Virus record (IMG/VR): IMGVR_UViG_3300048597_000118
Location: 37,170 to 101,169 of that record
Direction: 5' to 3' (one strand)
Length of the DNA: 64,000 bases
From: a virus
Shown here: in pieces, positions 1-10,177 of the stretch
Numbering within the stretch: position 1 is the first letter of the stretch
How the letters are laid out: every line of letters begins with the position of its first letter
The notes under the pieces: generated by a model
Seen by the model: only the letters and a program-made list of their open reading frames with translations
Told to the model about the DNA's origin: nothing
The model's database searches: none
Position numbers and translations under genes: made by a program

Positions 1-1058
1 CGGTCTCTACACTGTACAGTCCATACTATGCCAGCTGATGCCCCACCACTTTTAGTTACAGTGTCAACTACCCAAACCCCGCGCCGTAATAATCTATTCT
101 CAGCTATATCCTTCTGAGTAACAGGACGCATGGTGTCTAAATAACCGAAGAAGATACATACCTCGTCTAATATGTCTAAAGGGGGAGCCTCTATTTCATC
201 TTGGGTGGCTACTTTTTGTACTTCGGCCTGCTCCGCACTTTGTTCTACTTCGCTAGCTGCGCTGAAGAATTGCGACAAGCTAGAATTTTTGTCACCTAAA
301 ACCGTCTGTATATTCTCTTTAGAGACGACTTTACTAACCTCTCCATTAACAGATGTTCCCAACTCCTGTAATTCTTTTACCAGGTCTCGTATTACCGGCG
401 TATATTGTTTCTTTCCTTCCTCGTCCAATCCATCTTGAGAAGTACCTTCTTCTATCCCAGGCAGTCTGTTTATAAACAAGTCTTGGATACGGCTTATAGG
501 AATACCTACTATCTTCCCGCCTTGGTTTCCAGGTTCGGTGTATTCCCTGTAAAGGCTGTCATTTAATAGTTCTAACTTGAGCTCTTCCGCTCTTTTCGGG
601 CCATACCTTTTAGCTAACGTCTCTCCTGCTTGACTAGCGTCTGAGAATTTAACACCACCACTAAAATTCTGTCTATTCAGCATATGTCTAGCTATGCCAC
701 CAGGACTAGGAGGGATATCAGTGGTTGTATCTGTGGCAGACAGCGTACATTGAAAGAAGGCGGTTGATGCGTCCCAATAATTGTTGATATTCGTTCTAGC
801 CTTAAGCACAACCCATTCACCAGCTTTATTGGTGTTGCTCATTATAATCTTGTTCTCTAAGTCTGTAATGGCACAGACTGGTACCGCCGCAGGCCTTTGT
901 TGATGACAAAGCGCCCCAAAAGACGGAGCAGAATTACCTTTGTCGTCAGTAGTATACCCATAAAAATACGGCGCAAGTTTATTAGGTTTAGCTACTTGTT
1001 CCGTCTTCTTTTCTGTAGATGGCGGCGCTGGAGGAGTAGTATTAGGTTGAGTAGCCAT
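1..1058 (-). CDS. Baseplate hub-like / tail protein, partial (runs off the window start; not in the ORF track)
   Basis: Minus-strand frame from ATG at 1058 (MATQPNTTPPAPP...); both ends translated by hand in the same frame. Near the window edge it reads VCIFFGYLD...RGVWVVDTVTKSG...WTVQCRDR, a pattern typical of gp27/GpD/XkdQ-like hub proteins. Lies directly downstream of the tail tube gene. Confidence 0.6.
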   Translation of the reverse strand, partial: MATQPNTTPPAPPSTEKKTEQVAKPNKLAPYFYGYTTDDKGNSAPSFGALCHQQRPAAVPVCAITDLENKIIMSNTNKAGEWVVLKARTNINNYWDASTAFFQCTLSATDTTTDIPPSPGGIARHMLNRQNFSGGVKFSDASQAGETLAKRYGPKRAEELKLELLNDSLYREYTEPGNQGGKIVGIPISRIQDLFINRLPGIEEGTSQDGLDEEGKKQYTPVIRDLVKELQELGTSVNGEVSKVVSKENIQTVLGDKNSSLSQFFSAASEVEQSAEQAEVQKVATQDEIEAPPLDILDEVCIFFGYLDTMRPVTQKDIAENRLLRRGVWVVDTVTKSGGASAGIVWTVQCRD

Positions 1059-1079
1059 AGGTTATGTTTATACGGCAAA

Positions 1080-1105
1080 ACGCTGAGCTATTACTAGTCA
1101 GCGTC
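1080..1105 (-). terminator. Hairpin after tail tube gene
   Basis: ACGCTGA...TCAGCGT inverted repeat followed by TTT on the minus strand. Confidence 0.45.
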
Positions 1106-1129
1106 TTACATTACATATTAGCTTATAAG

Positions 1130-1885
1130 CTATTGCCCTACAGTGGGCACAATTAGGTCTTGATATTCGTTTAACCAAGAAGGAGCTGTATTCTCAAAAT
1201 CACCGGTGGCGCGAATGACGTTATCAGCTTCAATTTGATTACGGTCATAAGCGTAATTAGTGTCACGATCACCAAGGTCAGTTTGACCTGTTTGGATACC
1301 AGCCCAACCACTGACTTCGTCAGACCGGTAAATACCTTCACATAATCCTTCCCAACGGTTAGCTACGACAGAACCACCAGCCATAGCACCGAATGTTAAC
1401 GCGTCAGTCTTAGCATAAACTAAGCGGATACGACCCTTGGCCATCCGAGTAGAACCACTAGCACCTGCGTCATTATCAGTGCCAGCTTTTACATACGCCA
1501 CGCTTCCATCAATGGGGTTACCATCCAGTTCCGGCGCATTCATTTCCAAAGTGATTTGGAAACGAGGGCTTCGGTTAACACGAAGTTCCCTACCAATAGA
1601 ACGGAACCCAAAGGTTTGTTCAACAAACCGAACATCTAAGCAACCACGTTCTAATACCCAACCAAATTGGAATACACCGTCTAATAGGCGGGGCACACGT
1701 TGATTTAATTCTAGATAGGGTTCAGTGGCATTCCGCATGGTGAATTGGAACGAGGTAAAGGAGCCTGCCAGAACCTGAACACCAGTAGCTTGGTCTTGTA
1801 CAAATACGTCAATGTCAAACCCTTGAAAAGGGTCTAGGATGGCGTTGTTAATTGCCGCCCGAGAAATAATATTGCCAGTAGCCAT
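1130..1885 (-). CDS. Tail tube protein
   Basis: 251 aa directly downstream of the sheath; beta-rich tube-like pattern (DPFQGF...YLELNQRVPRLLDG...WVLERG). Confidence 0.75.
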   Translation of the reverse strand: MATGNIISRAAINNAILDPFQGFDIDVFVQDQATGVQVLAGSFTSFQFTMRNATEPYLELNQRVPRLLDGVFQFGWVLERGCLDVRFVEQTFGFRSIGRELRVNRSPRFQITLEMNAPELDGNPIDGSVAYVKAGTDNDAGASGSTRMAKGRIRLVYAKTDALTFGAMAGGSVVANRWEGLCEGIYRSDEVSGWAGIQTGQTDLGDRDTNYAYDRNQIEADNVIRATGDFENTAPSWLNEYQDLIVPTVGQ

Positions 1886-1910
1886 ATAATTTTAATCCGA
1901 AAAAGTAAAT

Positions 1911-1938
1911 GGGGCAGGCACCGCAAGATACCTACCCC
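1911..1938 (-). terminator. Hairpin between sheath and tube genes
   Basis: GGGGCAGG...CCTACCCC stem followed by T-rich sequence on the minus strand. Confidence 0.45.
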
Positions 1939-1963
1939 ATAACTAGAACAACAGATACTCTAT

Positions 1964-4900
1964 TTAGAACTGGTCGACACGAGGTCCAGGCAGTGCATTA
2001 ATAGTTAGGGAAGAACGGAAGTCTAAAATGTCCGTAACCTTCAGATAATCTCCAGGGAAGATAGGACGAGCTTGAATCAAAATGTTGATGATACCCCGGC
2101 GGGCATCGTCTTCAGAGTTGTTTCGCGCATCACAAATGGTTGGCTGGTAAGCAGACAACATTTCATTCCGTACAAACTCAGCCAGCACAGCGTCACAAGC
2201 ACTTGCAATACGACTTAGTAACTGAGGGCTGATGTTCTGAGAGCGGTAGCTCAACAAAGACTTGTAGATGCGGTCACGTGCTTGGTCCCAAGAGTGGACT
2301 ACAGACACATGACGTAACAAGTTATTGGTGGTAGAGCTAATACCGTTCAAGAACTTAAACACATTCAATCCGGGGTCTAAGTAAAAGACTTCAGTGCCGG
2401 ACTGAGTGTAAGCTTCTAAGTTAGACGGAGTAGGATTGATAGAGCTATAAGTAAAGCCGATTACAGAACGTTCACCGTAGGTAGACGCGGGGCTCAAGTG
2501 AGGTCCACGGCTAGCACCTAGTCCGATGTATGCACCAACTACGGGCTCACTACGATAAGCAATACCGCTCATGCTCCGACCTTGAGCCATCCCTGCAATT
2601 TGGATGAACCGAGGAGAGTTAACTTGGGTACGCATGGTACCGGCAGAACGAGGAGTAACCGTAGGAGATAACTGGACTACCGCCCGACGGAAACCACCAG
2701 TAGAAGGTCCGCTAGAATCTACAATCTCTTTGAGCTTCTCAAAGACTTCTTTGTAGTCATTGTCGCCGTAGTAAATACCTACGACACCAATCCAAGTAAC
2801 GTCAATAGAGCGGACTAATTCTAACGCTTCTAAATAGCCGGCCTTACGGGCTTCAATAGCAGACGTTGCATCTCCAGCTGCCGAGAAGTTAGTTCCTTTA
2901 CGAAGGAACACATCTGAAATAGTAGAAGACCCTTGAGCTCCAAATCGAGTAAACCCAGTGGAGTAGGAATTGTCCTGAGCTTCTAGCGCAGGAGCTAAGC
3001 GTAGAGGTAGCTGAGTGTAAATGTCAGGTGTTAACCGTGCAGCACGCACTATAGGATTACTAGGCTCAATAGCAGGAATCAAGTAAACTCGAACCAAGTT
3101 AGAAGTTTCGGTCTCTACATAAACACCAGTGTCAGTGTTGACAGCTTTGTTATCCAGGTAGAAAGACTCTACTTTGGGTCCGCCTAAGCTTACTTCAGCA
3201 GAGGTATCTTCTACTTGTAAGTAAAACCGAGCACTGCCTTCGCTTACTTCATCTGGGATAATGGTCACGCGGATGTTATTACCATAATCACCAGGGCTTA
3301 AAGCTTGTATACGGACTAAAGGGCGCCCGTCTAAAGCGTAGAAGTCACGGTATGCAAAGGAGCCGCTGTCCCGTCCACCCGTATAAGCATAATACTTATC
3401 AGGACCATAGTTATCCTGAGTGTAAATGCCGTCTTTAGTTAGAGACATCAACACATCACGAGTTTGGTCTTGACTTTCTAAACTAATAAGAGCTCCAACG
3501 TATAACTCGTCAGAGAATGCGCTCTGAACTTCAGAGGGCATGTCAAACTCTACATAATTGGTGCTAGCTGCACTAATGGGGTAGTAAGTACCGTTAAAGG
3601 TTACGCCGTAGTCCTCGTAGTTGTTAATAACAACATTAGACACAGACTCGACCATGAACTTGTCATCGTCCATTGCTGAAAACACTAGCTCAGGTCCAGC
3701 AACATAACGAACTAAATTCCACAAGCACCGGTTAGATTCCAATCCAGTGATGCTGGGTCGCACTTGGAACATGTACGGCGTCATACCAATGACATTTTCT
3801 ACCGCACTAGTCATAGAAGAGAATGCCGGGTCAGCGTAAATGGCATACTCTAAGTCCCGCATAATGTTAGCCAGTGGAGTGCCTTTTGCATACGCTTCTG
3901 GGGTACCGGCTCGACCACCTACAACAACTTGAGTCCGCACAAAAGGTACGGTCCATTGCGTGCCCTGAGTTAAGTTCAGGCGACTATCATTAGGAAGTCC
4001 ATAAAGGATTTTAATGCCGACAGATTCCTGACCTAAGACAGTAGCAGTGGAATAAGATAAAGGCGCTACTAAGTATTTGAACTCGATAGCTTTATTGCCG
4101 TTACCTTCAGTTAACACATAGTAAGCGTCAGCACCGGTCAGGTTAGGCACTTTGAAGTAGTTGTAGCCATCCTGTTGTGCAGACAAGTTGGCGAAAGTAT
4201 CAGTCTGTACATATCCATAGGAAACTAAGATTTTACTCTTAGAAGGAAAATGTACACGGAAAGGTTTAGTTACAGCGGCGGTGTTGGGCGCAGTTAACAC
4301 AATGTAATCATTTACTTTGGTTTTTTCTGCGACGTTGCCTGCTACAGTAACGGTAACCAACCCAGTAGTGGCTACATAAGGAGTAGTAACGGAATCAACT
4401 ACAAAGGTTTCTTTAGAGTGACCAAAGGTTAATTTAGTTCCTACTACAATAGTTGAGCTAGTTAAACCTTTAATAGCAACCGTAGAAGTCGTGGCTCCAG
4501 GAGTAATTGAAGCAACTCGTGGTGCGATAGTAACCCTAGAGTCTTCCTCCACTGTGGAGCTTAAGTTGTTACCAAGTTCCAAAGTTACCGATGCATCGGT
4601 GTTAGCAGCGCTTTCAATTAGATATACAGACTCGTTAATTAACAATGCCGAGTCTTCTAAGATAGTCAGCTGATCAGCAGTAGGTTCCCAATCTGCTCCT
4701 AACGCACCAAAAGTGGCGTCAAAGGTAATCTCACGTAGTCCAGAAATGGAAGTTACAACACCGTTAACAGTGGTACTGGGGCTAAAATGACCAGTTACTA
4801 CGATGCCTTTTAGTCCAGCGTCTTCGTTAATGTAAAAGGGCTGTGAGGCAATAGTCAGTCCTTCTTGCTGCCCATTTTCGCTAGATAGTAGTGAGAAACC

Positions 4901-5563
4901 AGGATTAAGGAAATTCTCAACGTAGGCGTTGTTGCCTTCAGTGTAAGAAACAATCTGGTACTCTTCAGGTGCTGTATTACGAACAGTCATTTGTAGAGCC
5001 TGTACAGAGTCTTCATACACTACAGGCTCAGCAAAGTTACCCTTTTGAATATATTGAGCATTAAAGTTAAATTGACCGCGCCCAAAGAAATTGGGGTGGG
5101 TCACATGACCAGTTTCAGTACGCAACTCTCCGTAATGAGTCACAGCACTTACCGGGCTGCCAATATAATCAAAAGTCAGTCTAAGACCTGTAGTGCGGTT
5201 GAATACGTCTAATACGTTAGTAGTGCTGACGCCAGACTCAAAACCAGTCTTAGGAACTACGTTGGGGTCTTCACCGGCCAAATAAAACCGGAGATAGCCA
5301 GGCTGGGTGCTGGGTACAACACGAATAGCAGTAGCGTTGGCAGCGCCCTGTTGTAAGGCTTGCTGTAACGCAATAGAACCAGAGCTACTATCTTCACCAA
5401 AAAGAGAGGCTAAAACAGAACGTTGTTTAGAAGTTACAGGGCGCAAAGGACCACGGTTAAATTCCCCGATGATAGCGTAACCATCACGCCAGGGAGCAGT
5501 AGAAGGAACGGGGCCTAAGATCCGAGAATCAAAAGAAATATGTGGGAAAGTATAATCAGCCAT
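1964..5563 (-). CDS. Contractile tail sheath protein with large inserted domains
   Basis: N-terminal IIGEFNRGP...LFG sheath motif; C-terminal sheath fold (ICDARNNSEDD...GIINILIQARPIFPGDYL); ALSPGDYGNNIRVTI; 1199 aa. Confidence 0.9.
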   Translation of the reverse strand: MADYTFPHISFDSRILGPVPSTAPWRDGYAIIGEFNRGPLRPVTSKQRSVLASLFGEDSSSGSIALQQALQQGAANATAIRVVPSTQPGYLRFYLAGEDPNVVPKTGFESGVSTTNVLDVFNRTTGLRLTFDYIGSPVSAVTHYGELRTETGHVTHPNFFGRGQFNFNAQYIQKGNFAEPVVYEDSVQALQMTVRNTAPEEYQIVSYTEGNNAYVENFLNPGFSLLSSENGQQEGLTIASQPFYINEDAGLKGIVVTGHFSPSTTVNGVVTSISGLREITFDATFGALGADWEPTADQLTILEDSALLINESVYLIESAANTDASVTLELGNNLSSTVEEDSRVTIAPRVASITPGATTSTVAIKGLTSSTIVVGTKLTFGHSKETFVVDSVTTPYVATTGLVTVTVAGNVAEKTKVNDYIVLTAPNTAAVTKPFRVHFPSKSKILVSYGYVQTDTFANLSAQQDGYNYFKVPNLTGADAYYVLTEGNGNKAIEFKYLVAPLSYSTATVLGQESVGIKILYGLPNDSRLNLTQGTQWTVPFVRTQVVVGGRAGTPEAYAKGTPLANIMRDLEYAIYADPAFSSMTSAVENVIGMTPYMFQVRPSITGLESNRCLWNLVRYVAGPELVFSAMDDDKFMVESVSNVVINNYEDYGVTFNGTYYPISAASTNYVEFDMPSEVQSAFSDELYVGALISLESQDQTRDVLMSLTKDGIYTQDNYGPDKYYAYTGGRDSGSFAYRDFYALDGRPLVRIQALSPGDYGNNIRVTIIPDEVSEGSARFYLQVEDTSAEVSLGGPKVESFYLDNKAVNTDTGVYVETETSNLVRVYLIPAIEPSNPIVRAARLTPDIYTQLPLRLAPALEAQDNSYSTGFTRFGAQGSSTISDVFLRKGTNFSAAGDATSAIEARKAGYLEALELVRSIDVTWIGVVGIYYGDNDYKEVFEKLKEIVDSSGPSTGGFRRAVVQLSPTVTPRSAGTMRTQVNSPRFIQIAGMAQGRSMSGIAYRSEPVVGAYIGLGASRGPHLSPASTYGERSVIGFTYSSINPTPSNLEAYTQSGTEVFYLDPGLNVFKFLNGISSTTNNLLRHVSVVHSWDQARDRIYKSLLSYRSQNISPQLLSRIASACDAVLAEFVRNEMLSAYQPTICDARNNSEDDARRGIINILIQARPIFPGDYLKVTDILDFRSSLTINALPGPRVDQF

Positions 5564-5815
5564 GAGAGTGCTACTAGCGTGATGTTTATTACACTACAAA
5601 GGGTTATTAACCGTTCACAAAACCTGTAGAAATACGAGGTAATGCTTTTAGATTGGATTAACCAATTTAGGGCACAACGGCTGGGCCTCTATCAACTCGG
5701 AGATAATCTCGTCGCTGAATACTTTTAGTGTGATGTTAATGGAATTACGTTGTGTAACCCCTATTCATATAATTAGTTGATTTTCACTGAATATCAGTCC
5801 GTGAGCCTAAAATCC

Positions 5816-6658
5816 TTACGGCACAAAGGATTCCACATTGTCTATTTCTGGGTTACCAGACTGCAATACAAAATTCGGCTTCGGTAAGACATAGTCTTCG
5901 GCGCGGGGCGGCTCGTATAAATCATACGATACCAACATATACGCAGAGTGGAATACTAAGTTCAACTTATCATTACCTTCCCAGTTAGGAGTCTCGTAAT
6001 TCACAGACATAATGTTAGGATTGCGGACTGTAAAAGGTTTTAATACGTTGATGTCTCGTATGACGCCGCGCAATATAGCCATCCAATTCCTTAATATCTC
6101 CTCCCCGGGTAAGATGTTAACCTGTAACATCTTTTGCTCTACAAAATGCGTCTCAGGTAAATGCTCTTGTAATGTATCTCCTGGTAGATCTACAGGAGTG
6201 TCAAACCCTTCTTTATACTGCAGTATCCTACCATGAGGTAAAGCGTTGACTATATCATTGATAGGATTAGACTGTTCAGAATAGATAATACTTGGAGCGT
6301 TGTAGCTAGACTCCCGATAATATAAGTGGACGACTAAGCGCACGGTGGCCTTAACAGACCACTCCTTCATAGATGCATTACCCAGATTATGGTTCTCATA
6401 GGTTATTGCCCGCCCTAATCCTTGGTTAGTTCCAGGCAAATATACAGATAGCGTTAGCCCATCTTCTATATACTCAGTACCTGCAAAAGTACGATATGAG
6501 GCTAACGGTATCTTACGCGCTATATTACGGTCACCTGTGATATACGGGTAATAAACATCAGCGTTGGCTATGTCTCTATGGTTAGCTATGGCGTTAATTA
6601 AGGCTCTTACTATTTGCCCCTCAGTGGGGTATAAAGATTTGATTCTAGGGTATCCCAT
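5816..6658 (-). CDS. Putative tail completion/terminator protein
   Basis: Position between head-tail adaptor and sheath; 280 aa. Confidence 0.45.
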   Translation of the reverse strand: MGYPRIKSLYPTEGQIVRALINAIANHRDIANADVYYPYITGDRNIARKIPLASYRTFAGTEYIEDGLTLSVYLPGTNQGLGRAITYENHNLGNASMKEWSVKATVRLVVHLYYRESSYNAPSIIYSEQSNPINDIVNALPHGRILQYKEGFDTPVDLPGDTLQEHLPETHFVEQKMLQVNILPGEEILRNWMAILRGVIRDINVLKPFTVRNPNIMSVNYETPNWEGNDKLNLVFHSAYMLVSYDLYEPPRAEDYVLPKPNFVLQSGNPEIDNVESFVP

Positions 6659-6663
6659 AATTA

Positions 6664-8382
6664 TTAGAGCCTAAAGTCCTGTACAGATTCGTGTTCGTCC
6701 ACAATGGCCCGCCATAAGTTATTTGGCTTACGACTTACTAATTTAACTGTCTCATTAGCAGCCATAGCACCTAATTCTTGGAAGTAACTGCGGGATTTAA
6801 CAGAAATCACTAAACTCCTGGGTTTACTACTAAACGGCGTTCTAGGTCCAACGTAGTCACCAGTAGCTATTTCTATGTCCGGCGGCACTTTGATAATATC
6901 CATGGTGATGTGAGACATACTTTTGGTCAAAGACCAACCAACTAACTCTACAGCAGACATAGGTTGAGCTACTTCTGTTGGGTCATTCCGTATGATGGCC
7001 CCCGTAGCTTTAGTCTTAAGATTTATGCGCGCTAACCCTTCTAACAATTGCAATGCTATCTGTGAGAACCTAGAGTTGTCTAAGTTTAATTGTTCTGTAG
7101 CGTCTCCACTGCCATCCATAATCCTGTCAAAGGTCTCTTCTAGCAGAACTGGTTCTTCATCTACTTCAGATAGATTAGGCTGCCAAGGTTGCAGTCTATA
7201 AGCAAACTCAGTCATCTGTAAGGGCGGCGCATCTCCTTCTTCGTACACCTTCTTATTACGGAAATACAAGACTATAGGTGTATAGGCTTCATTTAACTGC
7301 TTAGCGTTGAGGGAAGACGCACGGTTAAAGTAAAGGATGATTATAGAGCCATTTACTGGATAGTCCTGTAAAGACTCAGGAGAGGTGCCCCATCTAAAAG
7401 GAGGTTTACCAAAAACAGACCCGCTAGGATCAGTCTTGGTAGCGCCAATTACTAATTGCTCAGTGTCAGGAGTGGTTATAGGTTTAGTCTGTATCCTGAC
7501 ATTAATAGAATGACCCACTACACCATTGATAGGCCTCCGGGGATAGAAAGATAGAGCGTGGCATTTACCTTCATTAACTACGTCCCTACCTCCTAACTCA
7601 GCTATAGCTAATAGCGCGCCATCAACACTCTGAATCGTATATTGGTTTATGCAATCAGCTAAATCAGACACTAAATGCCAAGTAGATACACTACCTCTAT
7701 AAGTTTGGACAACAGACCAAGCAGTGGTAAACGAAGGGCAGTACCACTCAAGGACTAATTCTCTATCGTTAGGCAATTCAAAGTCGGCAGGTACAAAATA
7801 AAACGCTACTGGCGGTTTGTCTTCGTCTTTAGCTGTAGACCCACCGCCTGTAGACGCTTCAGACCTTTGATAGGTGACTACAATACGGTCTATATCCGCA
7901 ATGGCGTCAGCTCTTAGTTCTGATGCATATTCTCGTTGTACTTCCGGTAACTTAGCCAGTAAAGTAGCGGCAGTTAAAGCGGCGCTAGCCCTACGAATAC
8001 CATCAGAAAACAAGGTCATATTCAACTTGTTCTGGTTGATGGCCCCTGCTGCTCTATTTGGGTCGCCAAACATCAGAGTTTGAATTTCATCTAACCCTGA
8101 AAATACATTGTTGTTGGTGTTTTTATCTTTAGCCCCTGCTAACTTCAAAGCAATCTTAGGGTCTGACTGCTTAGTGATTACGTTAAATATTTCTAAGGTA
8201 CGGGTTCTATTAAGCAAGACTGAATAATCCCTGACCATCTGGGCCATGGTGGCCAGTTCTGGAGAGACTGCTTCTAAATCTGCGTCCTCTAGCTCTTGGG
8301 CAGTAGAAAAAGAGATACCAGACCCTACACCGTCTGCCTCGGGGTAGCTAAATCTATTTCCAAAGGAGTAGTTAGTGCTCAT
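6664..8382 (-). CDS. Head-tail adaptor-like protein (Mu gp36-like N-terminal domain) with C-terminal extension
   Basis: IRRASAALTAATLL...YASELRADAIADIDRI resembles gp36-type adaptor helices; synteny after capsid genes. Confidence 0.5.
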   Translation of the reverse strand: MSTNYSFGNRFSYPEADGVGSGISFSTAQELEDADLEAVSPELATMAQMVRDYSVLLNRTRTLEIFNVITKQSDPKIALKLAGAKDKNTNNNVFSGLDEIQTLMFGDPNRAAGAINQNKLNMTLFSDGIRRASAALTAATLLAKLPEVQREYASELRADAIADIDRIVVTYQRSEASTGGGSTAKDEDKPPVAFYFVPADFELPNDRELVLEWYCPSFTTAWSVVQTYRGSVSTWHLVSDLADCINQYTIQSVDGALLAIAELGGRDVVNEGKCHALSFYPRRPINGVVGHSINVRIQTKPITTPDTEQLVIGATKTDPSGSVFGKPPFRWGTSPESLQDYPVNGSIIILYFNRASSLNAKQLNEAYTPIVLYFRNKKVYEEGDAPPLQMTEFAYRLQPWQPNLSEVDEEPVLLEETFDRIMDGSGDATEQLNLDNSRFSQIALQLLEGLARINLKTKATGAIIRNDPTEVAQPMSAVELVGWSLTKSMSHITMDIIKVPPDIEIATGDYVGPRTPFSSKPRSLVISVKSRSYFQELGAMAANETVKLVSRKPNNLWRAIVDEHESVQDFRL

Positions 8383-8413
8383 ACAGGGTCTGGTTATCTA
8401 TGTTGTTGGATTA

Positions 8414-8992
8414 TTATTCTTCAACAGTAGGCTCAACTTCAGCCCCTTCTGTTTTAAGGATGCGGTCACATTCACGCACTACGGCCTGCATGGTATCAAA
8501 CCCTTCTTTGATTTCCCGAATGGCGTCATAGTCAATAGGAGTCTCGTCTTCTAGCTCTAGAACACGAGAGCGAACCTTAGACCAATGAGCTTTAGGATCT
8601 AGACCAGCTATTAACTCTGCTTCTTCTGCTTCAATAACAGGTTCGGGTTCGGGCTGGGGTTCCGGTTCAGCAGGAGCAGAATACTGAGAGTTAGGGTCAG
8701 CTAAAGTCCCAGGAGCGTAAGGAGTAGCCCATTCAGCATGTTTAGTAATCTTAGGTACTTCTACCTTAGGTTTTACTACTGGACTAATATTGCGTTTATG
8801 AATAGTTAAAGGAGTGCCTTGAGCAGAAGAGGATACTAGACGGAAGTTACCGCCAGCTTCTGACCCTAAAATGGCTCGGGCTTCGTTATCTGGTAATAGC
8901 AAGGATTCCCCCACATTTTCGTTGGTAAATTGATAAGTTTTGCCCGCTACAGTGACCTTAGTCGGGGCGGTGATAATAAGTCGATACGCCAT
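8414..8992 (-). CDS. Hypothetical virion-associated protein with Pro/Glu linker
   Basis: 192-aa ORF in the head operon; EPEPQPEPEP linker. Confidence 0.55.
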   Translation of the reverse strand: MAYRLIITAPTKVTVAGKTYQFTNENVGESLLLPDNEARAILGSEAGGNFRLVSSSAQGTPLTIHKRNISPVVKPKVEVPKITKHAEWATPYAPGTLADPNSQYSAPAEPEPQPEPEPVIEAEEAELIAGLDPKAHWSKVRSRVLELEDETPIDYDAIREIKEGFDTMQAVVRECDRILKTEGAEVEPTVEE

Positions 8993-9025
8993 AATACTTT
9001 CTAGTCTAAGTGGTTATAAGAGAAT

Positions 9026-9052
9026 GCCCAGCCCTATTCAATAGAGCTGGGC
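9026..9052. terminator. Hairpin after capsid/decoration genes
   Basis: GCCCAGC...GCTGGGC inverted repeat; related to hairpins at 15591 and 18115. Confidence 0.55.
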
Positions 9053-9082
9053 AAACTCCCAAGGCTATTCTAAGTTATTAGC

Positions 9083-10132
9083 TTATACAGCTAATACTCC
9101 GTGAACATCAAGTAAGTCACTCTTATTCCGGTCGAACAAGTAGAAACGACCAGCAGTTTGAGGCTCGATCACAAACACAGCATCAGTCATATTACCAGTC
9201 AGGTTGGCAGCCACCGTTACGGTGTTGCCAGTAATGCCAGTAACGTTACTAGATACAGTAGCGGGACTACCTGCAAAAGCAGCGGTGGTGTGGGTGAGCT
9301 TAACAGCCAAATTACTTACGTTGCCGGCAGCAGCGACCATATCGGCCAAGATGGCGGCGGTATCATCATCTACCAGCAAGTCATTATCACCAGATACACC
9401 AGTAGCTACAACGCTAAGGGGCAAGGTGTAATAGTAGAGGCTTAACCGACCTAACTCTAAAGAAGCGCCCGCACGGAGCAGTGCTTTAGAAGCAGAGTTG
9501 GTGTAAGGAGGATAGTTGGGCTCGATGTAAACCCGTTTCTCTAAGGCGCCAACAGTAAAGTTAGTAGCAGCCACAGTAGGCAACATGTCATTGCCGAAAC
9601 TACGGTTCTTACCTTTTTGAGCAGGCAGAGAAGGAGCACTGAAAATGGGGTTGAATTGTTCCCAATTAGCCCCGTCATACTCGTAGAATTTGGTGGCACT
9701 GAGGTAGTCACCGAAGTCAATGCACTCAGCGTATTGAGCGCCTTTACCCACAGAAGCACCATTGAGATAAGTAGTGGGAGCAGAGTCGCCCATAGGAACA
9801 GGTTGAAGTACCCGAGTGGGGTTTAGATAGATGTAATAGTCGTTAACACCGTTAACCGGGGGCATAACAGACAGAGGAGCAACAGTGACGTTAGCGCTAG
9901 AGGCTAATACTGCTAGCTCACCGTCTAAATACGCTTTGCCGGCGGCTACGGCAACTGTGTAGCTAGGAGTGGCTACGGGTCCAGCGGCGGCGGGTTTAGA
10001 CCAGCTTAAGCCGAGACCAGAGAGGATCTCAGTGTACTGAGAGTAGTAGCTGAGACCTCCAGTCCGACCAGAGGGCCATAGCTGCCATAGAAAGCGGTAC
10101 CCGGGCGTGCCATTGAGTGGAATAGTAGGCAT
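9083..10132 (-). CDS. Putative capsid decoration/minor structural protein
   Basis: Follows major capsid; beta-rich, Ala/Val/Thr-rich; VAVAAGKAYLDGE motif common in virion proteins. Confidence 0.55.
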   Translation of the reverse strand: MPTIPLNGTPGYRFLWQLWPSGRTGGLSYYSQYTEILSGLGLSWSKPAAAGPVATPSYTVAVAAGKAYLDGELAVLASSANVTVAPLSVMPPVNGVNDYYIYLNPTRVLQPVPMGDSAPTTYLNGASVGKGAQYAECIDFGDYLSATKFYEYDGANWEQFNPIFSAPSLPAQKGKNRSFGNDMLPTVAATNFTVGALEKRVYIEPNYPPYTNSASKALLRAGASLELGRLSLYYYTLPLSVVATGVSGDNDLLVDDDTAAILADMVAAAGNVSNLAVKLTHTTAAFAGSPATVSSNVTGITGNTVTVAANLTGNMTDAVFVIEPQTAGRFYLFDRNKSDLLDVHGVLAV

Positions 10133-10177
10133 GATTAATTATCAGTTAGTCGAAGAATAAGAAACAGGAGAACGAGT

